Shown: piece after piece, positions 1 to 18,100 of the stretch
Layout of the letters: each line of letters opens with the position of its first letter
How positions within the stretch are numbered: position 1 is the stretch's first letter
DNA from: Azolla caroliniana
Lineage: Eukaryota; Plantae; Polypodiophyta
Reading direction: 5' to 3'
Length of the DNA: 64,000 bases
Assembly: GCA_043228905.1 (NCBI GenBank)
Contig: JBHGNT010000001.1
Span: forward strand, 7,192,001-7,256,000
Position numbers and translations under genes: made by a program
The notes under the pieces: generated by a model
Told to the model about the DNA's origin: nothing
Seen by the model: only the letters and a program-made list of their open reading frames with translations
Databases searched by the model: none

Positions 1-1599
1 CGCCTTTTTACATTGTTTCAGCACAATAAGACACGTGTTATTATCTAAATTCTACCAATAAACCCTCCAACACATATCAAGAATGAAATCCTTGCACATA
101 CTTACATAAGAATCCAAACCAGATGCAATCTTCTTCTTCAACATCTCCAACCGCTCATCCTTTCTGGAGTCGTACATTGCCATCTTGTGCTCCGTAAATT
201 GTGCCATAAACTCTGCCTCAGTGTAAGATTGTATGTAAGTCGGAGTTCAATAGAAATAGAGTTGAACCTTGAAACAACCCTAACCTTCAACGTTTGTATG
301 TAAGATTGTCGATTTCTATGGTACTTGATTCCGGGGTCCATGAATCTTTTGAGTGATCTCTGACACTCATAGCTATTGAAGCATGCCCCCGGAGTACCCT
401 CCTCCTCTCTATCCGCATCCCTCATGATAGAACTATGCTAATTCCATGTGCCCTGCGTAAATGTGTTTCCATGTCGCATTTTTGTGATGCCACCTTGGTG
501 AGAGGCGACAATACTCAGTCACGATACATGCATGGGCCTTGTTCCCATTTGCATTTCTTCCAACCTTATACAACGAATCTAAAGCTAGGAGCATTTGTTG
601 TTTATGTATGTGTTAGATACGCCAAACCATCTGTTACATAAAGATTGACATAATACAATGAGACCAAATCCACATACCATTTGGAGGAGCATCTTCATCG
701 AATGATGCCATGGCATGTAAGGGCTCAATCTGAGGATGATGAACCACTAGAGCCTGATCCATGTTCTCCCCACCCTTATACATGTCAGCTATGCAACTTC
801 TGGGCCAATGTCTTCTAACGAAAACCCTTTAACAAATCATCAGTCAACATACACCTCTCTTGAGTTGGATATATGTCACTATTATCAGAATCCCACCACT
901 CTTTGTACTTGGACCTGGTAGCCATCTACCACTATTCAAGGAAAAGAAAACATATAGAAATGACGCAAAATTTTGTAAATAAGTAATCATCCATAAACAA
1001 TTAATAATCAATAAGTCTTTGCAAGTCTATTCAATGATCAATAACCTAAACATGTTCTAAACCATCACACCTTCTTCCTAACATTCCTTAAATCTCAAGC
1101 CATTATCATAATATCAACCAAACTCTTGTCCCAAACCCTAATCCCTTGGTATAAAAACCATTAACATTCTAATATCAAGCATAAAAATCATAATATCAAC
1201 CGTAAACCATTAATAAGCAATATTAAGCTAATATCATAATATCATTAATAATCAATATCATGTTAATATCAACACACTCCAACTGTAAACCATTAAGATT
1301 CTAAGATCACATATCAATAAACTAACAGTTTCTGAGAATAAACTTATTCACTGTACCAACCAAACCCTAAACAGTTTCTACAATCATACTATCACGCTAA
1401 ACCCTAAATCTTCTCCCTATCTTTCTAATATCAAGCCATAATACACATTAAAATCCTAATATCAACCAAAGCCTTCTCCCAAACCCTAATACCTCGACTT
1501 GAAAAGGCCAAGCACATAAAAAAAAAAATCAGAAAATGTAGACACAAACACAAACACATAGATGGGAAATAGTAGGGCACCGATCGCAGAAGTGATTGT

Positions 1600-1830
1600 T
1601 GGGGGTTGGGCGACCACATTTAAACTTGGTTGGGTGACCAAACTTGAATGGCAGGTTGGGCGACCAAACTTAAATGGCAGGTTGGGCAACCACATTTTAA
1701 CTTGGTTGGGCCACCACATATGTTACAGAGGTTGGGTGACCACTTTAGTTAGGTTGGGCAACCACAATAGGTAGGTTGGGCAACCAGAATATGTAGGTTG
1801 GGTGACCACAATAGGTAGTTGGGGCGACCT
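1600..1830. repeat. Degenerate tandem array of GGTTGGG(C/T)(G/A)ACCA units (about 10 copies)
   Basis: ggttgggcgacca / ggttgggtgacca / ggttgggcaacca recur at roughly 18-30 bp spacing. Confidence 0.8.
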
Positions 1831-2077
1831 CTGACAACATTTTTGGTCGCGTGTTTTATTATTATCCAAATCAGACGGTGCAGATCGCACCTGCACCGTC
1901 CATGGCCGCGATTCCCTCAGCCAGCCCTATTAATGATTTGTGTCATAATAGACACACGTCGATTACACACATCCATCCATCCATCCATCCATACGTACAT
2001 TATACATAGTACATACATACTGATACATATGTACATTGTTAGTTGTAGGAAGTAGCCTTAACAGACCGCTCGTGAAG

Positions 2078-2079
<2 letters not shown>

Positions 2080-2128
<49 letters not shown>
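2080..2128 (+). repeat. (GA)n microsatellite about 70 bp upstream of the RSM22 start codon
   Basis: Perfect GA run; (CCAT)n and (CATA)-like runs at about 1970-2030. Confidence 0.95.
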
Positions 2129-2130
<2 letters not shown>

Positions 2131-2198
2131 CATTTTTGTGAAGCGAGCCTGAGATTCTGGGTTTTTAGGCAGAGGGAGTGAGGAAAGAGGGAGGAGAT

Positions 2199-5100
2199 AT
2201 GGCGATCGTACCTTACGCGGCAGCCGCCGCCGCCGCCCAGAAGACCCTGTCTCCCTCAGCCCTCCGTTCCGCTTCTCGGCAGACAGAGGGCATGCTGCGC
2301 ATCCCTTCCCGCCTCCAATCCGCCATTGACAACTTCCTCGGAGGTACCCCCCCCCTATATGTATATATGTGTGTGTATGCTGCATTTACTCGGATTGTCT
2401 TCAAAATATGTGTGCTTTATGCTACATATAAATGTAGATATAGAAAACCAGAGTAGAATTCAAGATTTGCCTTTGATATAGCGAATGTGAAGTGACAAGG
2501 GAAAATATCCCCAGAAGTCGTTCTTTGAAAGATCGTGCACTATAAAACTGGATGTTGGAGTGGAGAAAATGAATATGGTATTTGAAGAGGGTGTATAAGT
2601 GCAGGAGGGTTTGTGCAGGACTTGGTGTAGGACATGGCTCCATATCGCGCACTCAATTTGGTTGGCTAAAAATCCTTTTGTTTTCTCAACCAATCAAAAT
2701 TTCGTGAAAAATTAGTGTCTATAGATTGACATCTAATTTCTTACCAGTTTAGGTAAGATCGAAGATTTGATTTCTTCAAAAAATTTAGCCTGTTAAAGTA
2801 CAAGACACCATGTTTTGAGCTTCCGGGTTGATGTGTCTCATGAATGAAGGGATAAGTAGAGTTTACCAGCAAATGTGCTTAGTCATGGGGTTTGCAGCAC
2901 ATTAAGTACTCAGAAATCATAATTAGATTCACATAAACTGCAAAATACACATGTGCCTTTGTTCAGTGTAGGGAAATCATGCTGAAGTCCAATGATAATG
3001 TTAGGGTAATGGGTTATGCTAATTGTGCAGAGTATTCAACGAACGAGGTCAAGAAAAGTGTATCTCGCTTGTCAGAGGCTATGCGAAATACCAAAGTTGC
3101 GTTGCAACAGCGGGAAAAATCAGAATGGTCAGCAGAAGAGAGAGAATTAAATAGAAACTCGCAAAAATGGCTTAAGAAATTAGAGTTTCGAGGCCAGATT
3201 TTTAACAAGTACAAGCAACGGGACACCTGTGCTTATGTTGCTGCACGTGTGCCTGCTGTATATTGTGCTGTGTATCGAGTACTCATTGAGGTACACTTAT
3301 TTGCTTTCTACTTTTATTAGGCTGTGTTCTAATATATGATATGTAGGCATGAGATGGGTTTAAAGGCATATTATTTACATCTATATACTGTAGTTTTTTA
3401 GCTAAAGCCTTTGTGATTGCAAAAAAATAAAATCATTTAAGATACCAGAGAAAAGGATTGTAGGATCCTAAACTAAAGACAATGTTTCAACAAAATTGTT
3501 GTGAAGTGGCTTAATGGTATACAGCACTGATATAACATCTGATCAACTAATTAAGCATGAGTGCTTTCGATATAGATTTCTTAAGATATTAAATTTCCTG
3601 TATGAAGCACCGTATCTAATCGAGAGAGGTTCTAAAATCGAAAGCACTTGCTTTTAAGTGTTATTTAACTTCATAACCATAATCATAAACGTATGAGAAC
3701 CTGGAGTGACCATGTGTCTATTCAAATTCCTACCTTTAACATCTCTCACATGAGGCAAATCCATAAAGGAAAGGATGTTTGTTGTTTTGCGTTTGAAGAG
3801 AATTGACGAGGAGGCATGTTGGTTGGTCAATAAAGGAAACCACCATATTTTTCTCATATTTCAGCCCATTGCAATGTTCAGCTCTCAAATTGTTTCAAAC
3901 TGGCACACTAGTTTAAAATGTAAAATAGATAATCTTGAATGACTTTAGAGATTGTAGAAATAGTTTACTAATTTCAACTGGATTACCCCCCTCACGAAGT
4001 CTCCTTACTTTTTCTTTTACCCCCTTCCCCAAATCATTCCTTATCCTTTTGAGCTATATATTATAGGTTAAGCAGCTTATGAATATGTGTAAACGATATA
4101 ATTATTCTATCATTCCTCTATAACAAACAATGTGATCGACTTCGTTTGCAGATTTCTCGCCGATTGCCAGACTTCAAACCATGCCAGATTTTGGACTATG
4201 GCTCAGGCCCTGGTACTGCAATCTGGTAATGTAGGGAGTTTTTTCGAATTTGCCAATTGAGGAAGTTAGTGTTTCTGGGAAGAAATGGATGTTTCTATCA
4301 TAGTCTCTGTCTTCTCAAGTATTTTGATTTCTTTGTTTCATGTAGGAAATGTGAATGATTCTTAAGTAGATCCCCTATGGCTTAATCAACAATTTCTTCA
4401 GCTTCTTTTGCTATGTGCATCTCACAAATTTGGAATTGAACATCTTCTAGTCAATTCTAGGAATTGTTAACTGGATCCTGAAAATGCATTTATTTCTGAG
4501 ATGTTTGATCTCATAGTTACAATTCTTGTTTAAGGTCGCTTTGTGAAGTATGGCCAGGAGTAATTGAGCATGCCAACTTAGTGGAGCCATCTGAAGCAAT
4601 GTCATTTGCAAGGCGAAGCTTGTTTCAAGGTGACTTGTTTATTTTGCTTTTTATTATAGAGTCTTAACAATACAAGGAATTCAAATTTATGAAAATTTGC
4701 TATTAGCCCTACTAGAGTTTGCAACTTCGGTCCAAGATGTCTAAATCTGCTCTTTTCTAGCTTCTGCCTCAAATGATGATTCATACTGGTGATAGAACCT
4801 TTGAGTGTCTTAAAAATTGTAATCATAAGTGTATAATTCTCAGATCTTGCACATTTGTTGTCAATGCATCCTGTATTATTGTGTTAGCCATGTAAAAGAA
4901 ACCTTGGTTTCTCCAGAATTTTTTGCGTTGATTGTTTGTTTATTTTTATCATTCATGGCTTACTATATTGAAGGTATGAAGGAGGAATTGCCAAAAATAA
5001 GAAACTTCAAAAGTTTTGAAGGATTTGTACGTGAAGTCCGACCTACAGATCGAGAACACAACCTTGTCATTGCGGTTCGTCTTGCATAAATTTTACATTT

Positions 5101-7823
5101 GGGGATATCACTGGAGAGTAGAAAGCCCTTATTGTTTTTTTGAGTTGTTGTGTAAAGCTAGGAGTGCCACGCATAGTCATTTATTTGATAATAGGCAAGG
5201 TGTAGAATATATCTATGGTCTCTGCATTCTAAAGAATGGTAATTTAGTTGTTCAATGTAAATGAATGAAATGGTGCTTTTCTGTTAGATATTTGGAGATT
5301 TAATTTCTGGAATTTCATGTGATTAGTCATATTCATTGGGGGAATTGCGAACACAAGAAGAGAGAATAAGCGTTGCTCGCCAGCTTTGGGGCCTTACAAC
5401 TGATATACTGGTAAGATTTAGAAGAATATCTTGAATGTATTATTTACAATGATTTTTCTTATGGATTTCTCTAGTATTGTATTAAGAATTTTAGAAATAA
5501 AATATTGGAGACTGTTGTCATTGCCAAGTTGAAGTAAGCTCACATTTTAATCAAGCAATTATAGAAGTCTTTATGTTCTAGGTTGTGAAAATTTTCGGTT
5601 TATATTATTAATCACGATTATATGCAGTGGATGATTCTCTCATCATGACTTTGAATATACTTTTTGTATTTACTGCTTTAATTTGTATTTTGTTTCACAG
5701 AACTGGTCAAGGTACAATGACACAAGCAATTGTACCTTTGTAACTTCTAACCCAGTCTAGCACTTCCACTTAATATAAGTCAACGTGCATTTGTCTCACC
5801 TTTATCTGATCCTTACATGAACTTTTGACTGGGCTTATTGATATATTATAACGATTTATCATTCTTCTCTTGTGAAATATTTCAGATTATTATAGAACCT
5901 GGACATCCACAGGGTTCTAATATAGTTAGAGAGATACGGTCTCACATTCTCTGTATGGAAAACAAGGTAGGATATCCATGCTTTTTATAAAGCCATTCAG
6001 GATCATCTTATCTTTGGCATTGCTAATTCTGTTTCTACCTTTTGAAGAGGCTTTGGCGTCAAACAAAGAAGTCCAAAGAAGCTGATACAGATAAGACGAC
6101 TTATTTGACATCCCAGGGAAAGAAAATTGGTGCATTTGTTGTTGCTCCTGTGAGTATTTCTGTTAGGCTTTCTTTCATTTTAATATAGTCTATATATCTG
6201 TTTGTATTTATGGTCATCTCTTCACATTGTAGAAATCTGATTTCAAATATGAATTGTCTCATCTAAAGATATGATTGCATATAGATTTTGTTATGCTACA
6301 GAATTGCTACACTCTAATTGGTTTTTCCTGATTGTACACATGTTTCCTTTGATCAGATATGGTGTTGTGTATGAGTTTAAGCCTAATTGACGTGAGAGTT
6401 CCAATGATTTCTTAGGGATATGAGTAGTTAATGTGGACTTTTAAGGGAGGAACGTAACTGACACTTTTTGTGGTGGGCATAAGAATAATTCCCTATTTGT
6501 TTGCCTCCAATGTAGTAAGGGCATTCATGTTTGTCCCATTGTTATGAGGTGAGGTCTGCTGCATGAAATCGCTATCAAGGTGTGTGATGCTTCCTATGAT
6601 CAAGATGCATTGAAGTTTTCTCGTAAAGCACTGGACTTGTATATATTGAATGCCCTGTTTTCAATGAAAATGGACCTGAAATTAACAAATTTGATTCGTT
6701 ATTCTCCAGAAGTATTTTTACTGACTGTGGAAGTAGTAAAACAGTGCGCACATGATGGAATTTGCCCGATGGATGGAACTGACAAATATTGTCATTTCAG
6801 TCAACGACTTGCTCGATCTTCGTCACAATTGCTATACAAGGTATTAATACTTGCATGACAACGTTGTGATTGTGTTTTGGTGTGAAAAGCTGGATGTTAC
6901 AAGTTAGTAATAGGTGTGCTCTTATACAGAGGCCTAAGGGTAAATCATTGAGAGGTTACGAAGATGAGAAATTCTCATTTGTTGTCTTACGAAGAGGAAC
7001 TCGTCCAAAGTATGTTTGTGACCTGATGTTTTTGGTGGAATATATATAGAAATAGCTTAGGGAACGAAAATGATATGGTTTATTGTTCTAGTAGGATGGA
7101 ATGGCCACTGGACAGAGTCAATCCAGCTACACTAGATGTCAACAAGAAAAAGAATCGGAGTTTCTATGGTGTTATTATTGGTGAGTGTCCTGCTTTTTGG
7201 GAAAGAATGCTCTTCATTAATCTTATGAAAATCTCTTCAGACTGACTTTTTATTTCTTTCTTTTGCATGTAGAGGAACCTGAGGGGGCTTTTGATAATGA
7301 TGAAGAAGAGGATTCTCAAGATTTAGATTCCAGATCAGAAGACAGTGAAGAAGTGGATGAGGAAAGCAATGATGAAGAAGAGGTAGATGAAGGTAGATCA
7401 AACGAAGAATATGAGGATAGTGATGTTACAAGTACATCAGAGGATGATCTGACTGATGAAGGAAATGATGTCAGCAGTACAGAGGAAGAACTCAGTGAAG
7501 AAAGCAATACAGAAGCAGAACTTTCAGAACAGAGTAATGATACTGAGGAAGAGGAAGAGGAAGAGGAAGAGGAAGAGAATGTTGTAGCTGATATGGGAAG
7601 TGGATGGGGAAGGATTCTGTTCCATCCTGTACGTAGGGGAAAGAGAGTGATTGTTGATGTTTGTTCATCAGCCAATAAGAATGGTTCAAAGGGTTCACTT
7701 GATCGGATCACTCTTAGTAGTACTACAAATAAAGTCTTGCATTTTCAAGCACGTCGATCACGATGGGGAGATCTTTGGCCTTGTGGTGGAGCATGTGGTA
7801 GAGTTTGTGGTAGAGCTAGATGA
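2199..7823 (+). CDS. RSM22: RSM22/METTL17-family mitochondrial small-subunit assembly factor (methyltransferase-like). Exons: 2199-2343, 3031-3290, 4152-4225, 4535-4629, 4974-5074, 5327-5410, 5886-5966, 6048-6149, 6745-6840, 6930-7009, 7095-7180, 7273-7823
   Basis: GT-AG introns with consistent phases. Family motifs: AYVAARVPAVY, ILDYGSGPGT, LVEPS, SYSLGEL, IIEPGHPQG, VVAPCAHDGICPM..YCHFSQRL, EDEKFSFVVLRRG, GWGRIL..PVRRGKRVIVDVC, ARRSRWGDLWP. Confidence 0.92.
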
Positions 7824-10087
7824 GCTTTTGATTTTGATTTCAAGAGTTTTGCCAAAAAAAAATCATAGCGAGTCATGTAAGTTTTGAATTAAGAGTACCC
7901 ATCTTAACATGAGACGAGTTTCTGCCATCTTTATGATGTCTAAGATCTCAAGGGTTTATGGAAATGCATCATTTTCGTCATTGAAAGTTGATGTAGAGAA
8001 TCACAATACAAACTGTTTGGAGCAAAGATTGTATAAATTGCTGCTTGACCAATCAGTATGCACATCATTGCACACCAAATACTGTACACTGTGAGGTTAT
8101 TCATGAATCCCATATTCTTCAATGATATATACACCAGAAAAGCTTGTTCTTTGTATGGATATCAAGCAACCCTATGCTGAAATGCTATATATATGATCAA
8201 GTATCGAAGTATTCTAAACTGCCACAAATTCTGTGCTGTCCTGTAATACCTGCGATTTATTGGTACAACCAAGGAAGAACCTTTTTTCATTTTCCTGGTT
8301 ATTAAAATTAGTCACAAAACAATCGTTTTATTATTATTATTATTACTTTCGTGAACTTGAATAGTAGGTATTTGCAGACCATTTGATTATTAAAGCTCAT
8401 GCTCAAGTTCTGCCCTAGCCTCACACATGAACTTTGTACCATCATGATCTTTTTCTTGTTTTCTGGCATTCCTTCTGCTAAAACGTATCAACCTTGTGCA
8501 TCTACTGGTGAAAATTAACTATCAGATTCACATTATTTATAAACTTATTGTCAATATGCATTTTTGGTTCAGTATCTAAAAAATGCTGTCTATTTTGTGA
8601 AAGTGTCACAAGAATGCTGGTCCTGATTGATCAGTTGGCACATAAAAATGCATCCATTTCTAATATTTATACAAGAATGTTGGGTGTGAGTGATTACATA
8701 GGAAAGAAAAATACATCTAGTTCTGTTATCACAAGAAAGTTGGGCATAATTAATCAGTAGTTATCACAGGAAACACGTCAATTTGTAACATTATCAGAAG
8801 AATATTCAGCCTGATTTATTAGTTACTAGTTATGGCTACGAGGCAGCATGGGAAGAAGGAAACCAGCAAACATTGGAAAGAGAACTATTATTGTTGACCA
8901 ACGGGCCCACACAAGCAGTGATTAATTCGACCCTCCATGAAGAACTTTTGCCAATTGGAATTCTTTGAGAAAAACGTTTAGGGCCTTCTGAGTAAACCAA
9001 ATGCATCTATTTCTAACATAATCACAAGGATATTCTGCCTTATTGATAGGTCAAACACACATTTACATTTTGAAATTACATTTACTGCCCTAGCCAATTG
9101 AATCATGACAGATAATTAGGAAAATCTAGTTTCTTTAAGGCTGCAATATCTAGAAATGCAACATTGGTTCCTAACATGGAGGTCAGAAATATCACCTCCA
9201 GGTAAGCCATATCTTGGCTCTAATTTTTAATATTTTCCCTTGCATGCCCTATCATTCAGAGAGTGAGCAGTTGCAAAGACAAAAACACATAATGGATCCT
9301 ATATTGACCTTATTCATCAATGTGAATGCAGGCCAAGCTAAGTTCAGAAAAGGACCAGAAAGAAGTTATAATTAGTCTTTGCAAGTTTCAATGTCCGATT
9401 CACACATGAAGTAGCTATAACACAAAGAGCTACAGATAGATAAGCCCCGTATTCTAGTCATAAACCTAAAGACCTATATACAGAGAAACACCAATAAGAT
9501 AAGCCATTGCCACATACAGAAAAAGCCACGTGGCTATAACCAATATATTAATATAGCCATTGCAAGAGAGAATTTCATAGCTAATATAGACAGATAGCCA
9601 TAGGCAATGAAGCAAGAAAAAAACCTAAAGGCTAATATAATAGGCTGAAATCTCGTTCACAATATACTCTTCCACAATTCATTTCCATGGTAATTAGTGC
9701 TCACAGATGCAAACAGCAGAACGTTATGAAACACTTTTAACATTCTGCAGCAAGATTCTATGAAATATTTGACGCCTCACGAAAAAACCTTATCATAGTT
9801 CTTACACCACAATCCTGGAAAGACTAAAAAGCCATTTATAGAATAATTCCCTCTAAAGATGTATTAATAATGAAGAATAAACAGGCTAAAAAATTACAAC
9901 CATATGCATTTGCAATTATAACGACCTAATATCCAGTTATAACAATCTTCACTGACCCAAATGATTCCTTTCCTCTACATTGTTGCTAGTGAAACTAAAA
10001 CCATCTTAGTTATCAGTCATCTACATTATAATCAAGTCCATGTATCAGCAATGAATCAATTCGCCATGTTACTACTTTCTTCAAATT

Positions 10088-13901
<3,814 letters not shown>

Positions 13902-14032
13902 AGCTCAAAGAGATATAAATGTAATGGATGAGTCGATATGGAATCCTTGGGAGGAACGACTATTCTTTCACGCGATCGGATCAAGCGCGCATTCGAAAGG
14001 AAAAACAGGGGTCTGAAGGTGCAGACTCCAGA

Positions 14033-14072
14033 GGCAGGGGCAGGGGCAGGGGCAGGGGCAGGGGCAGGGGGG
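14033..14072 (+). repeat. (GGGGCA)n G-rich repeat upstream of HSP70
   Basis: About six G4 tracts separated by CA. Confidence 0.85.
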
Positions 14073-14269
14073 AAGGGTTTGGGGGAGAAGTATGTACTTC
14101 TGATTTAAGGGGTTTTACAGTGCATATACATACATACATACATACATACATACATACGGTGGTTGCTAGGGTTTTTCATATTACATATTATGTACTTTTT
14201 TATTATTAGCGATAGCACTAGCACCCTTAGGTTTTCTTTATTTCCAAGAATTGCCCCCCCTGGGAAATA

Positions 14270-15178
14270 GGAGATGCAATTGATCGAGTCATTTCTCAAT
14301 GTATGCGGTACAATTTGATACTCAATACACCCCCACATCCATGACTTCACCAGAATGCCATAATGTATCAACCACCATAATACAACTTTTTTCAGGAATT
14401 CACCCATGCCCCTTAGCCATTTCCAATAAGCATCCAACCAAGAGTCTTGTACATTACCAGATCTCCAAAATTTACAAGCTATTGGCGTAACAGCCAAACC
14501 CCTCCTTAGCAATTCTCTACCCATTTTTACCGAGTACTGAAAAAATGGAATTTGCTTACCTAGCATTTCGTGTGTTGATATGGTTTGCCATTTCCACTCA
14601 CCAAGATCCCACAATAGGTGATCAATGGGCTTATTCTCATAGATCCACAATTCAGAGAGATTGTTTATATCATTTGGATGTGGATTCAACATCCATTTTT
14701 TATCTTTCGTCCACAATATACGAATAGGCAACATACTCCCTTGAGTTACAATTCCGTCTTCCACGAGAGAATGAAGTCGTCCAGAAGGCAAAATATCAAA
14801 GTAAAGGCACTCATGAGAGTTTTTATAACCCTTGACCCCTAACAAGACATGTAAGGATGAAAACATACCGTACCAAAATAGACTAGTTTGAGAAGGTTGA
14901 AAGGAAGACATCATAAACACTCTATCAATTTTTGCATACATAATGTTCTCTCCCCAAATTGTTCTACAAACATGGGTTTTGTTTTCCATCGTCAAAGAAG
15001 AAAAAGTCAGCCAATCCCCATTGCCTCAACTGCACCTTTATCAAAGTCAACCCACTTCAACCTAGTTCTCTTCCCTAACATTACCCCCTCCTCTAATGTA
15101 AATAGTGGCTTCAATATGAGGGGTTGGCGCAATTATTCCTCCGTACATGATGGAAGAGATTGGACCTAATTTATGTTT
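14270..15178 (-). mobile_element. LINE (L1/Tx1-like) ORF2 C-terminal remnant; the half lying downstream of the Copia A insertion
   Basis: W-rich region resembling the zf-RVT neighbourhood (YWKWL..KKVVLWWLIHYGILVKSW). Continues the RT fragment at 39112-40430 across TSD TGTTT. Confidence 0.7.
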
Positions 15179-18100
15179 TGTCGAGAATCAAGCTCAACCT
15201 AGTCTAGTGTATGAACACACCTTTGAGAATCAAGGAGCACTCAAAAGTCAAAAGTCAAAAGACCTACTCTCTACACATTAACTATGTGTCATACAATCAT
15301 ATTCTATGACACATAACTATAACTAATGAGTTCCATATTCCCCAAGGTTCTAGAGAGAGAGTGGGCGTTATAGTGAGTTAATGAAGAGAGAGGGTGACCT
15401 TAAAAGCACCCTCCTACTTCATATAGTGACAGATATACTCCCTTGTAATGCTATATTTTTGTACTTGATATTCTCCTTATTAATATACATATTCTTGAGT
15501 ACATCATTTCATTCATCTATCTTGTGTTTTCTCTCCTCTCCTCTTCTCTTTCCACAAACAACACACATCTCTCCCACTACACAGAATCAAATCTGATTCT
15601 TTACATGGTATCAGAGCGATTTGGTAGCTCGATCTAGCCCATCCGCGTGTGTTGGGTCCTACGCCAACATTCAAGAAGAAGCGGCTCATCGTTATCGTAG
15701 TGCCACTACATAGCTCATTTCTAAGGAAGAAGAAGAAGAAGGAAGAAATCTTCATTGACATAATGTATACTCAAATGGAGAGCGCTCTCCCTGGCGAGAA
15801 GTTGGACAGAAACAACTTTGCATCTTGGGAGTACAAGATGCACCAATACCTTGTCGGCCAAGGCTATTGGGGTTACATTCAAGGAGCACAAAAAAACAAA
15901 CACGACCCAAAGGACGTTGACTAATCAACATGGGAGCAAGTGGCAAGCCGAGCGATGTATTGATTGGCAACATGTGTCCATGACCACATGGTTGGCTACA
16001 TTCGAGAAGCCAAGAAGCCGAAGCAAGCATGGGAGAATCTAAGGAAGATTTTTGCGGCCAACACAAACCGCAATAAAGCTTCAACTTTTTGAACAACATC
16101 CAACAAAGGGACATGTTCATCACAATGTACACCTTGAAGATCAATAAGCTTTGTGACTCACACGGCCTGATAAGCGTCAACGTAGAGGTTCATGAGATGG
16201 TGCAAATATGCCTAGGAGGCCTCGCATCACAGTTCGGCGAGATGAGATCGCCATACTAGCAGGGGAGAATCCTTCCTCTTTATTCGATCTTCAATCAATG
16301 TTGTTGGTTGAAGAAAACCATGTTCGAACAAGGAGCAACACCTCGGAACGCCACATGCTCTACTCACACTCGGACGGAGGAAGAGGACGCAGTCAAGCAA
16401 GAAGAGGCTGATTCGGCCAAGGACGAGGCGGACAAGGCCCCATCTATAAAAACAACTCCCAATATCGGCAAGAAAGCGGAAACAATCGAGGAACGTTCAG
16501 AAGAAGGTGGGGCTTCCATGCCGGTCCAAGCCAACAAAACTCAATCAAATGCAGATATTGCGGCAAAATCGGCCACCACGAAGAAGAGTCCCGAAAGAAG
16601 AAGCGTGAGTCGGCTTCCACACACCGACAACTCACCAATTACACCACCAACTCCGACTATGACTTGACCATGGTGGAATGTTCGTGATGGCGGCTTCTAC
16701 TTCGACTAGTGCCTCAAGTCCGGAAGACGTATGGTTCATCGACTTTGGTGCTTCGAATCATATGGTGTCCCATGAAGAATGGTTCCGAGACTTACGAGAG
16801 CCGAATCGACCCGACTATGTCGAAACCGGAGATGACACTACTCATCCTATTCGGCATATCGGCAATGTCCCATTCAAGAAAAAGGGCAACCAAACATACA
16901 TTAAAAATGACTTGCATGTACCGACCACATGAAGAATTTGGTCTCAATTATCCAAAATGTGGAACAAGGCATGCAAGTTCAATTCAACCAAGGTGGTTGC
17001 TTCATCGAAAAGAGGGTCGACTCATCGCTCACGGACGAAGAGAGGGCTAAATGTTCATCCTCGATTCGCATGAGATGAAATCGGCCATGTTTGCAAATGA
17101 TACCAAAGCCGACACCAACATAGAGCTATGGCATAAGAGAATTGGTCATATGAACCTCCAAAAGCTCAAGGTGATGCAATTGAAACGAGTCGTCATCGGG
17201 CTCCCGACCTTCAAAGAGAAAGAGATTGAAGGCGTATGTGCAACCTGCCAATTTGGCAAGCAACACTGGCACCCGTTCCCAAAAGAGAGGAACGTGAGCA
17301 AAGGCATATTGGATGTAATACATTCCGATGTATGGGGACCAGCTTAGACGACTACATTTGGCGGACACCTATATTATGTGACCTTTATCGACGACTTCTC
17401 TAAGCACAATGGATCTTCCCCATGAGGAAAAAGAGCGAAGTGTTTGAACACTTCCAAAATTTAAGAATGAAGTCGAGAAAGCCACAATCTGGCATGTACG
17501 ATGTCTTCGGTCAAATGGAGACAAGGAATACTTCTCCAATGCATTCACGACATACCTTCGACAAGAATGAATCCAACGAGAATTTTCGTGTCAACATACG
17601 CCACAACAAAACAGAGTGTCCGAACGCAACAATTGGCACATCCTCGAAGTAGCACGGGCCATGCTGAACGAGAAGCACATGCCACGGTCATATTAGGCCA
17701 AAGCAACATGCACAACCGTCTACTTAATGAACCGGTGTATAACAATCGGCGTGCACGAGGTTACCCCGCATGAAAAGTACCATGGAAAGAAGCTGGATCT
17801 ATCACATTTAAGAATATTTGGCTCAATTGCATACATGCACATTCCCCACGAAAAGCAACAAAAGCTAGATCCTAAGTCAGAGAAATGTATCCTCATAGAA
17901 TACGCACTAGAGCAAAAGGGGTACAAATGTTTCAACCCCTCTCCTCGGAAGATTCGTGTAAGTCGAGACGTCGTCTTTGACGAATCAACATCTTGGTACG
18001 AACTCGAGCCGATTCCTCCTAAACCATCTACGAACGACCTTGACAACACAAAGATGATGATCAACTAAGGACAATAGCCGAGGAGAGTCTGATCTTAACC

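Noticed and set aside
1-950. Possible degenerate coding sequence on the minus strand (zinc-finger-like HLRRAHG)
   Set aside because: Many stops and no assignable family; probably a TE remnant
1600-1830. CRISPR-like appearance of the spaced repeats
   Set aside because: Eukaryotic context, short and mutually related spacers, no cas genes
2979-3030. ATG of the 113-aa ORF as a gene start
   Set aside because: Lies in intron 1; the phase-compatible acceptor is at 3030/3031
7316-7711. Ser-rich antisense ORF
   Set aside because: Mirror image of the acidic RSM22 exon
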